From positions 65,089-129,088 of the forward strand of contig JBOHUM010000014.1 of the NCBI GenBank assembly GCA_050734515.1: DNA of 64,000 nucleotides, given 5' to 3'. This document shows positions 47,758-56,019 of the stretch, one piece after another. Source of the stretch: Candidatus Dormibacteria bacterium (GTDB lineage: Bacteria; Chloroflexota; Dormibacteria; Aeolococcales; Bog-877). Positions within the stretch are counted from its first letter, which is position 1. Every line of letters starts with the position of its first letter. The notes beneath the pieces were generated by a model. It was not told the DNA's origin and made no database searches. It was given only the letters and a program-made list of their open reading frames with translations. The position numbers and the translations under genes were made by a program.

Positions 47758-48625
47758 CCGGGTCCGCCTTGGTCGAGTCCTCGGGTGGTGCCAGGTGCCC
47801 ACCTCGAGGAGCCGGACCCTTGAAGCCCGCCGCGGTGCGATGCCCGCCTCCGCCGTAGCGGGCGGCGATCAGGCTGACGTCGGCGCCCCCGGGGGTCGAA
47901 CGCAGCGACCAGCGGGCGCTGTCGTCAGCGCCCTGCCACCAAACGCCGGCGAAGGGGTGGCCGGCTGCCAGCAGATCTCCTAGCTCGCTCTGCAGCACCG
48001 GGCTGTTGACCGTCGGGACCACCGTGCCCAGGATCTCGACTGGTGCCGCGTGGGCGGCGATGCGCTCGATCATCCGCCGTTGGTAGCGCAGCAGGGCCCG
48101 GCCCTCCACCCGCAGCTGCTCGACGTCGATGGCGTCCCAGGTATTGAAGTCGAAGGCATGGGCGCGCAGCGCTGCTGAGACCTCCTCCGACTCGGGGAGC
48201 CGGTTGCGCCACAGATCCCTGTCCTGCACGTAGCGCAGTAAGGCGGGGATGGGCTCAGTGTGGAGGTACTGCCAAGCCATAACCGCCCCGCTGCGGTCCA
48301 TATCGAAGACGCAATAGGGAAGGCCCTCGAGCTCAGCCGCGGCCGAGCGGTGGTGGTCTAGGACGACCATGCTGGCGGAGGCCTCGGCCAGCCGTTCGGT
48401 GGTGGCACGGTCGTAGGCAAAGTCGGCGATCAGCAGGTGGCGTCCCCCGGCCTTGGGTGGCGGGTCGCCATGATTGACGGGCACGTAATCCGCGTCATCG
48501 CCGTAGCGCTTCCAGGCGGCGAAGGCGGCCCCAAACCCGTCCGGACAGTCCCCGTGGTAGACGACCAGGGGCCGGGCCTGGGATGGCTGTCCAGCCGGGG
48601 ACCGGTCGGTCGCGATGGTCACCAC
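47750..48625 (-). CDS. DHH/DHHA1-family phosphoesterase
   Basis: YHGDCPDGFGAA (DHH motif I/II region), VVLDHHRS (DHH), and C-terminal GGGHRTAAGF (DHHA1). It lies 12 nt downstream of the CHAP gene. Confidence 0.85.
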   Translation of the reverse strand: MVTIATDRSPAGQPSQARPLVVYHGDCPDGFGAAFAAWKRYGDDADYVPVNHGDPPPKAGGRHLLIADFAYDRATTERLAEASASMVVLDHHRSAAAELEGLPYCVFDMDRSGAVMAWQYLHTEPIPALLRYVQDRDLWRNRLPESEEVSAALRAHAFDFNTWDAIDVEQLRVEGRALLRYQRRMIERIAAHAAPVEILGTVVPTVNSPVLQSELGDLLAAGHPFAGVWWQGADDSARWSLRSTPGGADVSLIAARYGGGGHRTAAGFKGPAPRGGHLAPPEDSTKADPAS

Positions 48626-48637
48626 CCCTCTCCCGGA

Positions 48638-49789
48638 TCAGGCCGGCGGCCAAGCGTAGATGAAGCCCTCGACGCCGCTGCTGTTGGGTATGTACCGCTC
48701 GTCCTGCCAGTTGCTGCCCTCATCGATAAAGTTGTCCTCTTCCACATCGAAGGATCCGCCGCTCACCGATACGACCCAGGCCACATGGCCGAACCTGGCA
48801 TCATAGGCGCCCCCGGGCCGGAAGACGACGATCGAGTTCGGCTGCGGAGTGCTGCCGATTTGGTAGGTCCCGGCGCCGGCGTCGCCGGCAATCCAATTGG
48901 CGGCGTCGCCGTTCCAGTTGACGAATGTCTTGGTGGCGACGAACCACGTGCATTGAGCGAAGGGAAAGCTCCCCGCCGAGAACGAGCCCGTGAAGCATCC
49001 ACTGCAAGCCGTAAGGATCGTGCCCTCCGGCCCGCCCGGGCCGCCGGGGCCGGGACCGGCTTCTTCCAGCTGCAGCAGCTGAATCTGACTGGCGACCTGC
49101 TGAGCCTGCGCAGCGATGGCGCCGGCTTGGCCGGTCAGCGCGTTCTCCTGCTGCTGATATGCGCTTTCTTGCGCCGTGAGCTGGTTCTGCTGCGCCTCAA
49201 GGTTGCTGACTAGAGTCGCCACCTGCTGCTCTTGAACCTGCTGCTGGGCGCGCAAGGTTTTCAATGTGTCGGCGTCGGCAATGAGCTGTTGCGTCAGAGC
49301 GTCGAATTGCTGTTTTAGGGTCTGCATGGTCAGGGTAGCGTCCATGAACTGGGATACGCCGGCACTGTTGGCGATCGCGGATGCCAGGGTGTTGCCCGTG
49401 CCTTTCTTATAGAGCAGGCTGACCATGTCGGCCAACTGGGTCCGGTCCCTGGCCATCTGAGCCTCGGTGGCGACCAGCCTGTTATTCGTGGCCGTGAGCT
49501 CCGCGTTGACCTGACTGAGCTCGGCCTGGTCGGCGGAGAGTTGCTGCTGCAGCGTGTTGATCTGCTGCTGCAGCGCCGCCGCCTGCTGACCCGCGGAGGC
49601 GGACTGTCCCTGAACTGACTGCAACTGGGCCAGAAGTTGCTGCTCCTGAGCTTGGTCGGAGGCGATTTGCGACTGAAGGCTGGCAGAGGCGGAGCCAGTG
49701 CTGAGCAGGGAGGCGGCCATCGCGGCGACGGCGAACAAACCCAGTTGGGCCGTTGAGCGCAGGGCTCGCCTGATCCAATGTGGAGACAT
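48638..49789 (-). CDS. secreted coiled-coil CHAP-domain peptidoglycan hydrolase (PcsB/RipC-like architecture)
   Basis: It has a signal peptide and ~230 aa of Q-rich coiled coil. The C-terminal CHAP block is FAQCTWFVA...GSTPQPNSIVVF...FGHVAWVV...VEEDNF. Confidence 0.85.
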   Translation of the reverse strand: MSPHWIRRALRSTAQLGLFAVAAMAASLLSTGSASASLQSQIASDQAQEQQLLAQLQSVQGQSASAGQQAAALQQQINTLQQQLSADQAELSQVNAELTATNNRLVATEAQMARDRTQLADMVSLLYKKGTGNTLASAIANSAGVSQFMDATLTMQTLKQQFDALTQQLIADADTLKTLRAQQQVQEQQVATLVSNLEAQQNQLTAQESAYQQQENALTGQAGAIAAQAQQVASQIQLLQLEEAGPGPGGPGGPEGTILTACSGCFTGSFSAGSFPFAQCTWFVATKTFVNWNGDAANWIAGDAGAGTYQIGSTPQPNSIVVFRPGGAYDARFGHVAWVVSVSGGSFDVEEDNFIDEGSNWQDERYIPNSSGVEGFIYAWPPA

Positions 49790-49821
49790 GAGGTGGGACG
49801 TGAGCTGAGATTGTCTCGGGA

Positions 49822-49840
49822 GATCACTCTAACAGTGATC
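49822..49840. promoter_or_regulatory. perfect inverted repeat GATCACT-N5-AGTGATC overlapping the predicted -10 (operator candidate)
   Basis: gatcact ctaac agtgatc read directly. Each arm is 7 bp with no mismatch. Confidence 0.45.
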
Positions 49841-49854
49841 GCGGGCGGCCGCAA
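49826..49854 (-). promoter_or_regulatory. sigma-70-type promoter candidate TTGCGG-17-TAGAGT for the CHAP-DHH operon
   Basis: The minus strand reads TTGCGGccgcccgcgatcactgtTAGAGT. The -10 lies 36 nt upstream of the ATG at 49789. Confidence 0.4.
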
Positions 49855-50219
49855 CTTGGTCACGATCTGATGGCGGGCTGAGCGGGACCCTTCAGGACCC
49901 GTCTCCCGACGGTGGGGCCGGCCCGGGGAGTCGGAACGCCGGGAGCATGGGAGATCCCACGCCCGACCTGGCCGCGGGTGCGCTGGACGGACATGGCTCG
50001 GTCGGGCGGCCGGCTCCTAAGCGGCCCGCTGGGAACGGCAGGTGCGCCGGATCAGCCTGCGCACATTCGGTTGGTCGGCAACACTCCTGATGGCGCGGCC
50101 CCGTATATCAGCCTGCCCTCCGCGGCGGTGACCGGGGTGGCCATCGGGTGGGCTGTCGCCCCAACGCTCGGCCTCTAGGCGGACTCGCTCTCAGGGCGTG
50201 CCCCCACCGGCCAAGCCCC

Positions 50220-50732
50220 TCAACCCGTAGTCACCTCGACCTGGACCGTGAACTGAAAGGGGCCGGTGGCGCTCAGGGTGGCGCTGCCCGCCTGGAGGGC
50301 CTCAAAGGGCACGCGCATCACCGCCTTCGAGCCACCAAAGGTGCCGGCGCTCAGGAGCGACCCCAGCACGGCCGTGTTCGAGGAGCTCACGGTCTCGCGA
50401 CTGATGTCCCGCTCCGACGGGTTGGGCACCGTCACCAGCACGTCCTGCCCGAGACCAAGTGTGACCGTCTGGCCGTTGTCGCCGAGATCCAGGTAGACCG
50501 TTGCTGCCGGGGGCAAGGTGGGCGTAGGGGTGGCGGGCTGGCGCGGCAGGGCACCCGAACCAGGCGACGGTGCCCCGGTTGCGGCCGGGCTCCGGGCGGG
50601 AGGCGCCCCGCTGGGAGGGGACCCCAGCTGCCTGGCGCCGCCGCAGCCGACTAGGGTGGCAGCGGTCGCCAGCGCCGCCGCCCCCAGCAACGTCCTAGAA
50701 CCCCACTTCCCGGGGCCAAGCATCGGACTCAC
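50220..50732 (-). CDS. hypothetical lipoprotein
   Basis: 170 aa with lipobox TLVGCGG, a Pro/Ala/Ser-rich linker and a ~90-aa beta-rich C-domain. No motif recognised. Confidence 0.6.
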   Translation of the reverse strand: MSPMLGPGKWGSRTLLGAAALATAATLVGCGGARQLGSPPSGAPPARSPAATGAPSPGSGALPRQPATPTPTLPPAATVYLDLGDNGQTVTLGLGQDVLVTVPNPSERDISRETVSSSNTAVLGSLLSAGTFGGSKAVMRVPFEALQAGSATLSATGPFQFTVQVEVTTG

Positions 50733-50766
50733 CCTAGCACGGTTGCCCGGGCCGCTGGCGCAGGGT

Positions 50767-50795
50767 GGAGGCCGGCCCCGCTTGGGCCGGCCTCC
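50767..50795 (-). terminator. 12-bp perfect GC-rich hairpin downstream of the secreted-protein gene
   Basis: GGAGGCCGGCCC-cgctt-GGGCCGGCCTCC, 25 nt after the stop at 50820. There is no U-tract, so intrinsic termination is uncertain. Confidence 0.35.
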
Positions 50796-50819
50796 AGGCA
50801 GATCGCAGGCCGCTGGCTG

Positions 50820-52751
50820 CTAGTGGTTGTGGCCGCCGCAGCTGAGCTGCGGGTTGGCCATGACCGGACTGGTCGCCGTGCCGCCGTACCTGGCCAGGTC
50901 GGCGGTCCCGTATTCGCTGTCCATCCCCAGGGTGTTGACGGTGGAACCGGGGATGACGTTGCCGAAGTTCCAGAAGCAGGCGGAGTAGCGGCCCTCGGCG
51001 CCAAGGTCGGCAGCCGCGTTGGCGTCACCGCTGGCGCTAGCGTCCGGGCCGCCCCCGCGCTGGAATTGGCCCCGGCCCACGGTCCAGAAGGGATAGAAGT
51101 TGGCCCCGACCGGAGGCACGGTGCACCCCAGGCCGGTCGAGACATTGCAGAAGCCCTCCGAGGCGAGCAGGTCGGTCTCGATCTGCACCTGCGGGTAGGG
51201 CTGGCCGTTGCTGAACGGCCCCGCGTACTCAAACGAGGTGGGATGGATCCCCTGGCCGTCGGGCCAGTCCGGTTGGTACGACGTGCCGTCGAAGTCGAGA
51301 TCCCCGTTCTGGAACAGGTTCTCCTGACATCCGGCCACGGGCCAGTCGGCGACCGTGGTGCCGCCATCGTTGGAGATCGGGCGAGGTCCCTTGGGCATGC
51401 AGGCGGCGTCCGAGTACTCGCAGTTAAGCCCTTCTGTGAAGTTGGGCGCGCTTCCGCCCGCGGGAGCCGGACAGGAGACATTGTCCTCGGTGGTGGCCCC
51501 CGGGCAGTTTCCGGTGGCTACGCTGCAGCCCTGTTCCGGGCCGGTGCTGGCGGTTCCCTCGGAGCCGCCGTTGCAGACCTGATAGACGTCCGCGTCCCCG
51601 CTCTGGGGCATTGGTGAGCTCACCGAACTGCAGACCTCAAAGTGTCCGAGCTCATCCTGCATCAGTACCCCGCCCTCCAGAGCAGCCCAGGGAACCTGGT
51701 TCTGGGGGCTGGCGGAGCTGTACTCGGCTGTGAAGTTGAAGGGATTGCCGGTGCAGTCGCTGAGGTTGGTGTCCATGAACCCGTTGGCGGCGCTGGCGGT
51801 CATGGTCCCGCTCTGGTGGGTGGTCAGGTCGTCGACCGTGGTCTGGAGCGCCGGGCCCTCGGAGACGGCGTAGGTGGTCGAGGCCACGGCCTCAGTGAAT
51901 TGCGGGACCGTAACGTCCTTGATGGTTACCTGGAGGGAGTCGCCCGGGTTGATAAAGAGCGTGTCTCGGTTGGGGGTGAAGGTCGCGCCGTCCGCCAGCT
52001 GAGGGCTGGGGGGACCCGAAGGCACACCGTTGGTCTGCAGGTAGGCAAAGTTGACGGGCTCCTCGCAGTGGGTGTTGAGATTGGCGAAGTTGAAGCCTGC
52101 CTCCAGGCTGTCGATGGTGAGGGCGGCGCACCAGTGGGTCTGGTCGCAGCTGGGACCGTCGGCGAAGGGGATGAACCCGGGCGGGTAGAACTGCAGCTCC
52201 ATAAAGGCGCTGCCGGCGGCTTTGGGATCGGTGATCCCACCCGAGTTGGTGTCACTCTGGGGCGTGCAGGGATTCTGGGGATACGAGTGGGGATCGCAGA
52301 TGGGCAACCCGAACCAGGGCGCCGGGCTGAGCTCGGCGTAATCGGTGATGTTGTTGGGCCCGGCGTTGGCCGTGGGGGTGGCTCTGGGGTCGGACGACAT
52401 CTGCATGAAGTAGGTCATGTCACTGGCGCTGCCCGGCTGGGTGGAGATGAACTTCACCGACGGTTCATCGTGGCCGACGTAGTGGCCGTTGTCGTAAAAC
52501 CGCGAGCCCTGACTTCCCCAGGTCCCGGGTGGGGTAAGGGGGTCGGTGCAGAGGCCCCCCAGATCAGGCTTGACGTCCTTGTAAACGGGACTGAAGCCGT
52601 TGCAGTCGAGCTCGTTGGTCGAGTTGGGTGCAATCCCGGCGGCCTGGGGTTGGCTGCTGCCGAGCACCGCCACGGTGCCGGCCAAACTTATCCCAGCCAC
52701 CATCCCGATCGCGGCCAGTAGGGCGACAGCCCTACCTTTGAGTCGTGGCAT
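50820..52751 (-). CDS. large secreted Cys-rich protein of unknown function
   Basis: The ATG (MPRLKGRAVALLAAIGMVAGISLAG) has GGAGG upstream and lies inside ORF 50820..52850. It encodes 643 aa with many Cys and conserved-looking blocks (YDNGHYVGHDEPSVKFIS, FMELQFYPPGF). I recognise no catalytic family. Confidence 0.7.
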   Translation of the reverse strand: MPRLKGRAVALLAAIGMVAGISLAGTVAVLGSSQPQAAGIAPNSTNELDCNGFSPVYKDVKPDLGGLCTDPLTPPGTWGSQGSRFYDNGHYVGHDEPSVKFISTQPGSASDMTYFMQMSSDPRATPTANAGPNNITDYAELSPAPWFGLPICDPHSYPQNPCTPQSDTNSGGITDPKAAGSAFMELQFYPPGFIPFADGPSCDQTHWCAALTIDSLEAGFNFANLNTHCEEPVNFAYLQTNGVPSGPPSPQLADGATFTPNRDTLFINPGDSLQVTIKDVTVPQFTEAVASTTYAVSEGPALQTTVDDLTTHQSGTMTASAANGFMDTNLSDCTGNPFNFTAEYSSASPQNQVPWAALEGGVLMQDELGHFEVCSSVSSPMPQSGDADVYQVCNGGSEGTASTGPEQGCSVATGNCPGATTEDNVSCPAPAGGSAPNFTEGLNCEYSDAACMPKGPRPISNDGGTTVADWPVAGCQENLFQNGDLDFDGTSYQPDWPDGQGIHPTSFEYAGPFSNGQPYPQVQIETDLLASEGFCNVSTGLGCTVPPVGANFYPFWTVGRGQFQRGGGPDASASGDANAAADLGAEGRYSACFWNFGNVIPGSTVNTLGMDSEYGTADLARYGGTATSPVMANPQLSCGGHNH

Positions 52752-52845
52752 GAGGTGCCTCCTCCGCCTCGTGCTGCTGCGCCAGGGCGATACCCCGCCG
52801 CCCAGTCGCGTTCCCTCCCCGCAGCCGTCCCCGGCGGGTGCGGTA

Positions 52846-52875
52846 CTCATAGCAAAGCTGGCCTACGCCTGTCAA
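52846..52875 (-). promoter_or_regulatory. sigma-70-type promoter candidate TTGACA-18-TATGAG for the large secreted protein gene
   Basis: The minus strand reads TTGACAggcgtaggccagctttgcTATGAG, about 95 nt upstream of the ATG at 52751, which has a GGAGGAGG SD. Confidence 0.5.
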
Positions 52876-52890
52876 TCACCCCTCAGAGGA

Positions 52891-52910
52891 ACGGCCGCCC
52901 CCACGGCCGT
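52891..52910 (-). terminator. 7-bp hairpin downstream of the NagZ-like gene
   Basis: ACGGCCG-ccccca-CGGCCGT, 12 nt after the stop at 52922 and immediately upstream of the TTGACA promoter candidate. No U-tract. Confidence 0.3.
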
Positions 52911-52921
52911 GCTGGCTGGGG

Positions 52922-54061
52922 TCAGTGGCCGCAGATTGGGAACCGCTTGGCGGCTAGCACGTGGGTGGCGGCGTCCTCAAGGCGTGGCAAGGACAGGCGG
53001 CCGCTCTCCACCGCCGCAGCGATCGCGCTGCGAATGGCGGGCAGGATCTCGGCCGGGTTCCCCGCGCCGAAGAGGACCAGGTCGGCGCCCGCCGCCAGAG
53101 CTTGGACGCTCGCCTGGGGGACCGTCAGGCCCCGGCTGGAGATCGCCAGGGCGCTGAGCGAGTCGGTCAGGACCAGGCCGCGGAACCCGAGCCAGTGCTT
53201 GAGCAGCGAGGTGATGGCCACGTGGGAGAGACTGGCTGGCAGACTGGTGAGGCCCGGGACCGAGGCGTTGGCGACCATCACCGCAGGCAGGCCGGCGCTG
53301 ATCGCCGCCTGGAAGGGGGCCAGTCCCCCAGTGAGCAAGGCGGAGTAGGGCTGGGTCTGCGCAGGTCCGTCGTCGGTGTTGCCGCTGGCGCCGCCCAGGC
53401 CAGGAAAGTGCTTGACCACCGGTGTGACCCCGGCGGCGGCCAGGCCGTTGGCGAAGGCCAGACCGTCCCGGGCGGCGGCGCCGGGGTCCAGGCTGAAGGA
53501 GCGAGAGCCGTCAGGGTCGGCGGCGCTGGGCCCATCCCCCCCGTCGATGTCCAGGACCGGGGCCAAGTCCATGGTGACCCCACGACTGCGCATCGCCCCT
53601 CCCAGCGCCTGGGCCAGTTGTTCGATCTGGGCGGGGAGCATCGTCGCCCCCATGGCGCGCGCAGACGGGATTGATCCCACCAGGTTGGCCATGCGCTGGA
53701 TCGCCCCGCCCTCCTCGTCGGTCATTACCAGGGGGGCGATGTGCTGCGGCGCAGCCGCCTCCGCCGCCCGGAGCTGCGCTCCCAGGTTGGCCGGTGCCGA
53801 GCTCCCGAAGAGCACCAACCCGCCCACGCCCGAGGCGATCTCCGGGTCGGCCCCGGCGACATCGGTCTCCTGGACCGGGATGGCCACCACCTGCGCGGCC
53901 AGCCGGGAGATGCTCCAGCTCTGAACCACCTTGCCCGCCTGGCAATCGGGCCGGGCCGGCGGCGGGGAGGCGGCTGGGCTCTGAGCGCAGCCCGCCAGCA
54001 CGAGGCTCGCACCCAGGGCGGCGGCCACTGCCCGGGCGGTCGGCTGCGGGCGGAGTGCCAC
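52922..54061 (-). CDS. glycoside hydrolase family 3 beta-N-acetylhexosaminidase (NagZ-like) lipoprotein
   Basis: The GTG start gives the signal/lipobox VALRPQPTARAVAAALGASLVLAGC. GH3 blocks are DEEGG.IQR, VTMDLAPVLDI, VKHFPGLG and VLTDSLS. Confidence 0.85.
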   Translation of the reverse strand: MALRPQPTARAVAAALGASLVLAGCAQSPAASPPPARPDCQAGKVVQSWSISRLAAQVVAIPVQETDVAGADPEIASGVGGLVLFGSSAPANLGAQLRAAEAAAPQHIAPLVMTDEEGGAIQRMANLVGSIPSARAMGATMLPAQIEQLAQALGGAMRSRGVTMDLAPVLDIDGGDGPSAADPDGSRSFSLDPGAAARDGLAFANGLAAAGVTPVVKHFPGLGGASGNTDDGPAQTQPYSALLTGGLAPFQAAISAGLPAVMVANASVPGLTSLPASLSHVAITSLLKHWLGFRGLVLTDSLSALAISSRGLTVPQASVQALAAGADLVLFGAGNPAEILPAIRSAIAAAVESGRLSLPRLEDAATHVLAAKRFPICGH

Positions 54062-54107
54062 GCGCGGCAGGATAGCCGCGGCCGCGAAGCCGTGGCCTCC
54101 CCTCAGG

Positions 54108-55847
54108 TCACTCCCATGCCAACGCCACCCGGTCGCGCCCGGCGCGCTTGGCCGCGTACATGGCGTGGTCCGCCGCCGCCAGCAGCGCCTCAGGGGTGGT
54201 GTGCTCCGGACCCAGCACCGCCACTCCAATGGAAACCCGCAGGGGCATGCCGCCGGCCACGGTGTCCGGATCCAGTTCAGCCACCAGCCGGCGCAGCTCC
54301 TCGGCCAGTCCCGCCGCCGCCGCCGCGTCTGCCCCTGAGACCAGGGCCACGAACTCCTCGCCGCCGTAGCGGGCCAGCATGTCCACCTGCCGCAGGCGCC
54401 AGCGAATGGCGTCGGCGACCTTGCGCAGCACCTCGTCACCGGCGGAGTGCCCGAGCCGGTCATTGACGTGCTTGAAGTGGTCGATATCGATGAACAGGAC
54501 CGCGAAGCCGTCGCCGCGACGCCGGGCACGGGCGACCATCCGGCCCGCAGCCAGGGCCAGCGCCCGCCGGTTGGCGAGGCCGGTGAGCTCATCGGTGAGC
54601 GCCTCGGCGTGAGCCGCCTCGTAGCGACGGGACTGAACCACCGCCAGGGCGCACTGGTCGGCGAAGAACTCCAAGGCGCGGACGTGAGCGCGGTCAGGGA
54701 ACTTGCCGTCGTAGGGCTCGTCCATGGAGATCAACCCCAGGGTGGCCCCCGAAGGGTCCAGGAGCGGGACGGTCAAAGAGTCCAGGGGATGCCACTGCCA
54801 CCCCGGCCTGGTCTGGGAGGGCTGGGGGACGCTCAGCTTCTGCAGCAGTCCGGGCGGCATCTGGAAGCGGCGATGGTCAAACAGGAAGGAGCGGCTAAGC
54901 CGCATTTCCGGCAGCATCAGCGGGCTGAACTCGCTCAGTCTCACCGGCTCGGAGCGCAGGCGGCGATCGTCCTCCGGCCCCAGCCCGGAGGTGGCGACGA
55001 CCCGGAGCTGGTCGGTGCTCGGCTCAACCAGGTAGATCACGACCCCGCCGAACCCGCCGGCTGTGCTCATGGCGCGGGCGATCTCGGCCAGCACCTCCTC
55101 GACTGCAAGGCGCCCGCGGAGGTGCGTGGAGGCATCCAGCAGGCGCTCGAGCTGGTTGCGCTGGGCGCGGGCCACCGCGGCGGCCGATCGCTCCAGGTCG
55201 CGCACCCGCGCGATCTCTAGGCCCACCACCGCCAGTTCGCCCAGGCTCTCGAGCAGCAGTACCTCGGCTGCCTTCAAACGGCCGGAGCCGGTTGGGCGGC
55301 GGGGGACGAGCAGCCCCAGGTGCTCGTTACGGGGGCCGATCAAGGGCACGAAGCAGACCGACCGGGACCGGCCCGACCGACCAGGCGGGCCACCGTCGGG
55401 CGAGAGCCACCGTGCCAGATCGGGCCGGGTCAGGACCGGGTGGGCCGCAGGCAGCTGGTGGAGCCCGACCCCGCCCCCACTCGCGTCGCGGAGCGCCCGG
55501 TAGGAGGCGGCGCTGATCGTGACGGCATCATGGCCCGCATCGCGCTCGGTCGCACCCGCCTGCACGTGGAAGGCGCCATCGTCTCCCCGGAAAGCGACCA
55601 CGCAGCGGGTGAGCCGCAGCTGCTCGACGGCCGCACCGGCCACCAGACCGGCCAGTGCCCGCTCGTCGCCGGGGCGGCCGAGCTGGCGCGCCAAGCCGAG
55701 GAGCTCTCGGAGCTGGGCCAAAGGCGACGTCTTGGCGCGGGCGACGGGCCGCGGCGGCCCTGGCTGGTTGGTCGCTCGCCGGCCGCTGGAAGTCAGAAGT
55801 CGGCCGTCAACGGCGGACGGAGGGGTCCGCGGCCGCGCCACGCGCAC
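54108..55847 (-). CDS. GAF-domain diguanylate cyclase (GGDEF)
   Basis: 579 aa with two GAF-like regions, then D.LTGLANRRA, FIDIDHFKHVND..GH..GD, and the active-site RYGGEEFV. GGAGGGGAG Shine-Dalgarno. Confidence 0.9.
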   Translation of the reverse strand: MRVARPRTPPSAVDGRLLTSSGRRATNQPGPPRPVARAKTSPLAQLRELLGLARQLGRPGDERALAGLVAGAAVEQLRLTRCVVAFRGDDGAFHVQAGATERDAGHDAVTISAASYRALRDASGGGVGLHQLPAAHPVLTRPDLARWLSPDGGPPGRSGRSRSVCFVPLIGPRNEHLGLLVPRRPTGSGRLKAAEVLLLESLGELAVVGLEIARVRDLERSAAAVARAQRNQLERLLDASTHLRGRLAVEEVLAEIARAMSTAGGFGGVVIYLVEPSTDQLRVVATSGLGPEDDRRLRSEPVRLSEFSPLMLPEMRLSRSFLFDHRRFQMPPGLLQKLSVPQPSQTRPGWQWHPLDSLTVPLLDPSGATLGLISMDEPYDGKFPDRAHVRALEFFADQCALAVVQSRRYEAAHAEALTDELTGLANRRALALAAGRMVARARRRGDGFAVLFIDIDHFKHVNDRLGHSAGDEVLRKVADAIRWRLRQVDMLARYGGEEFVALVSGADAAAAAGLAEELRRLVAELDPDTVAGGMPLRVSIGVAVLGPEHTTPEALLAAADHAMYAAKRAGRDRVALAWE

Positions 55848-56019
55848 GACTCCCCTCCGCTGGTCCGCGATGTGAGCTCCTTTGCAACCCCGGTTGGATT
55901 GCCCGCGGGCAGTCTAGGGCGGGGATGTAGCCCGCCAATAGACCGTTGCAGCCTCGTGGCCGAGCCGCTGCCAAAGGGCGCTCGCGATCTCCCTTGACGG
56001 CCGCCCTCGAGATCCCGGC

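Noticed and set aside
49790-50219. c-di-AMP (ydaO/yuaA) riboswitch in front of the CHAP cell-wall hydrolase gene, as is common for actinobacterial wall hydrolases.
   Set aside because: Reading the minus strand, I could not find the core elements I remember (GGGGACCCA-like and GGGGUGAAUCC-like blocks, or CCGACAGCUAACC). There are only loose resemblances (CCGAAU, CCCGCTCAGCCCGCC). A good promoter candidate lies only ~36 nt from the ATG, so most of the gap is probably not leader. An Infernal scan with RF00379 would settle it.
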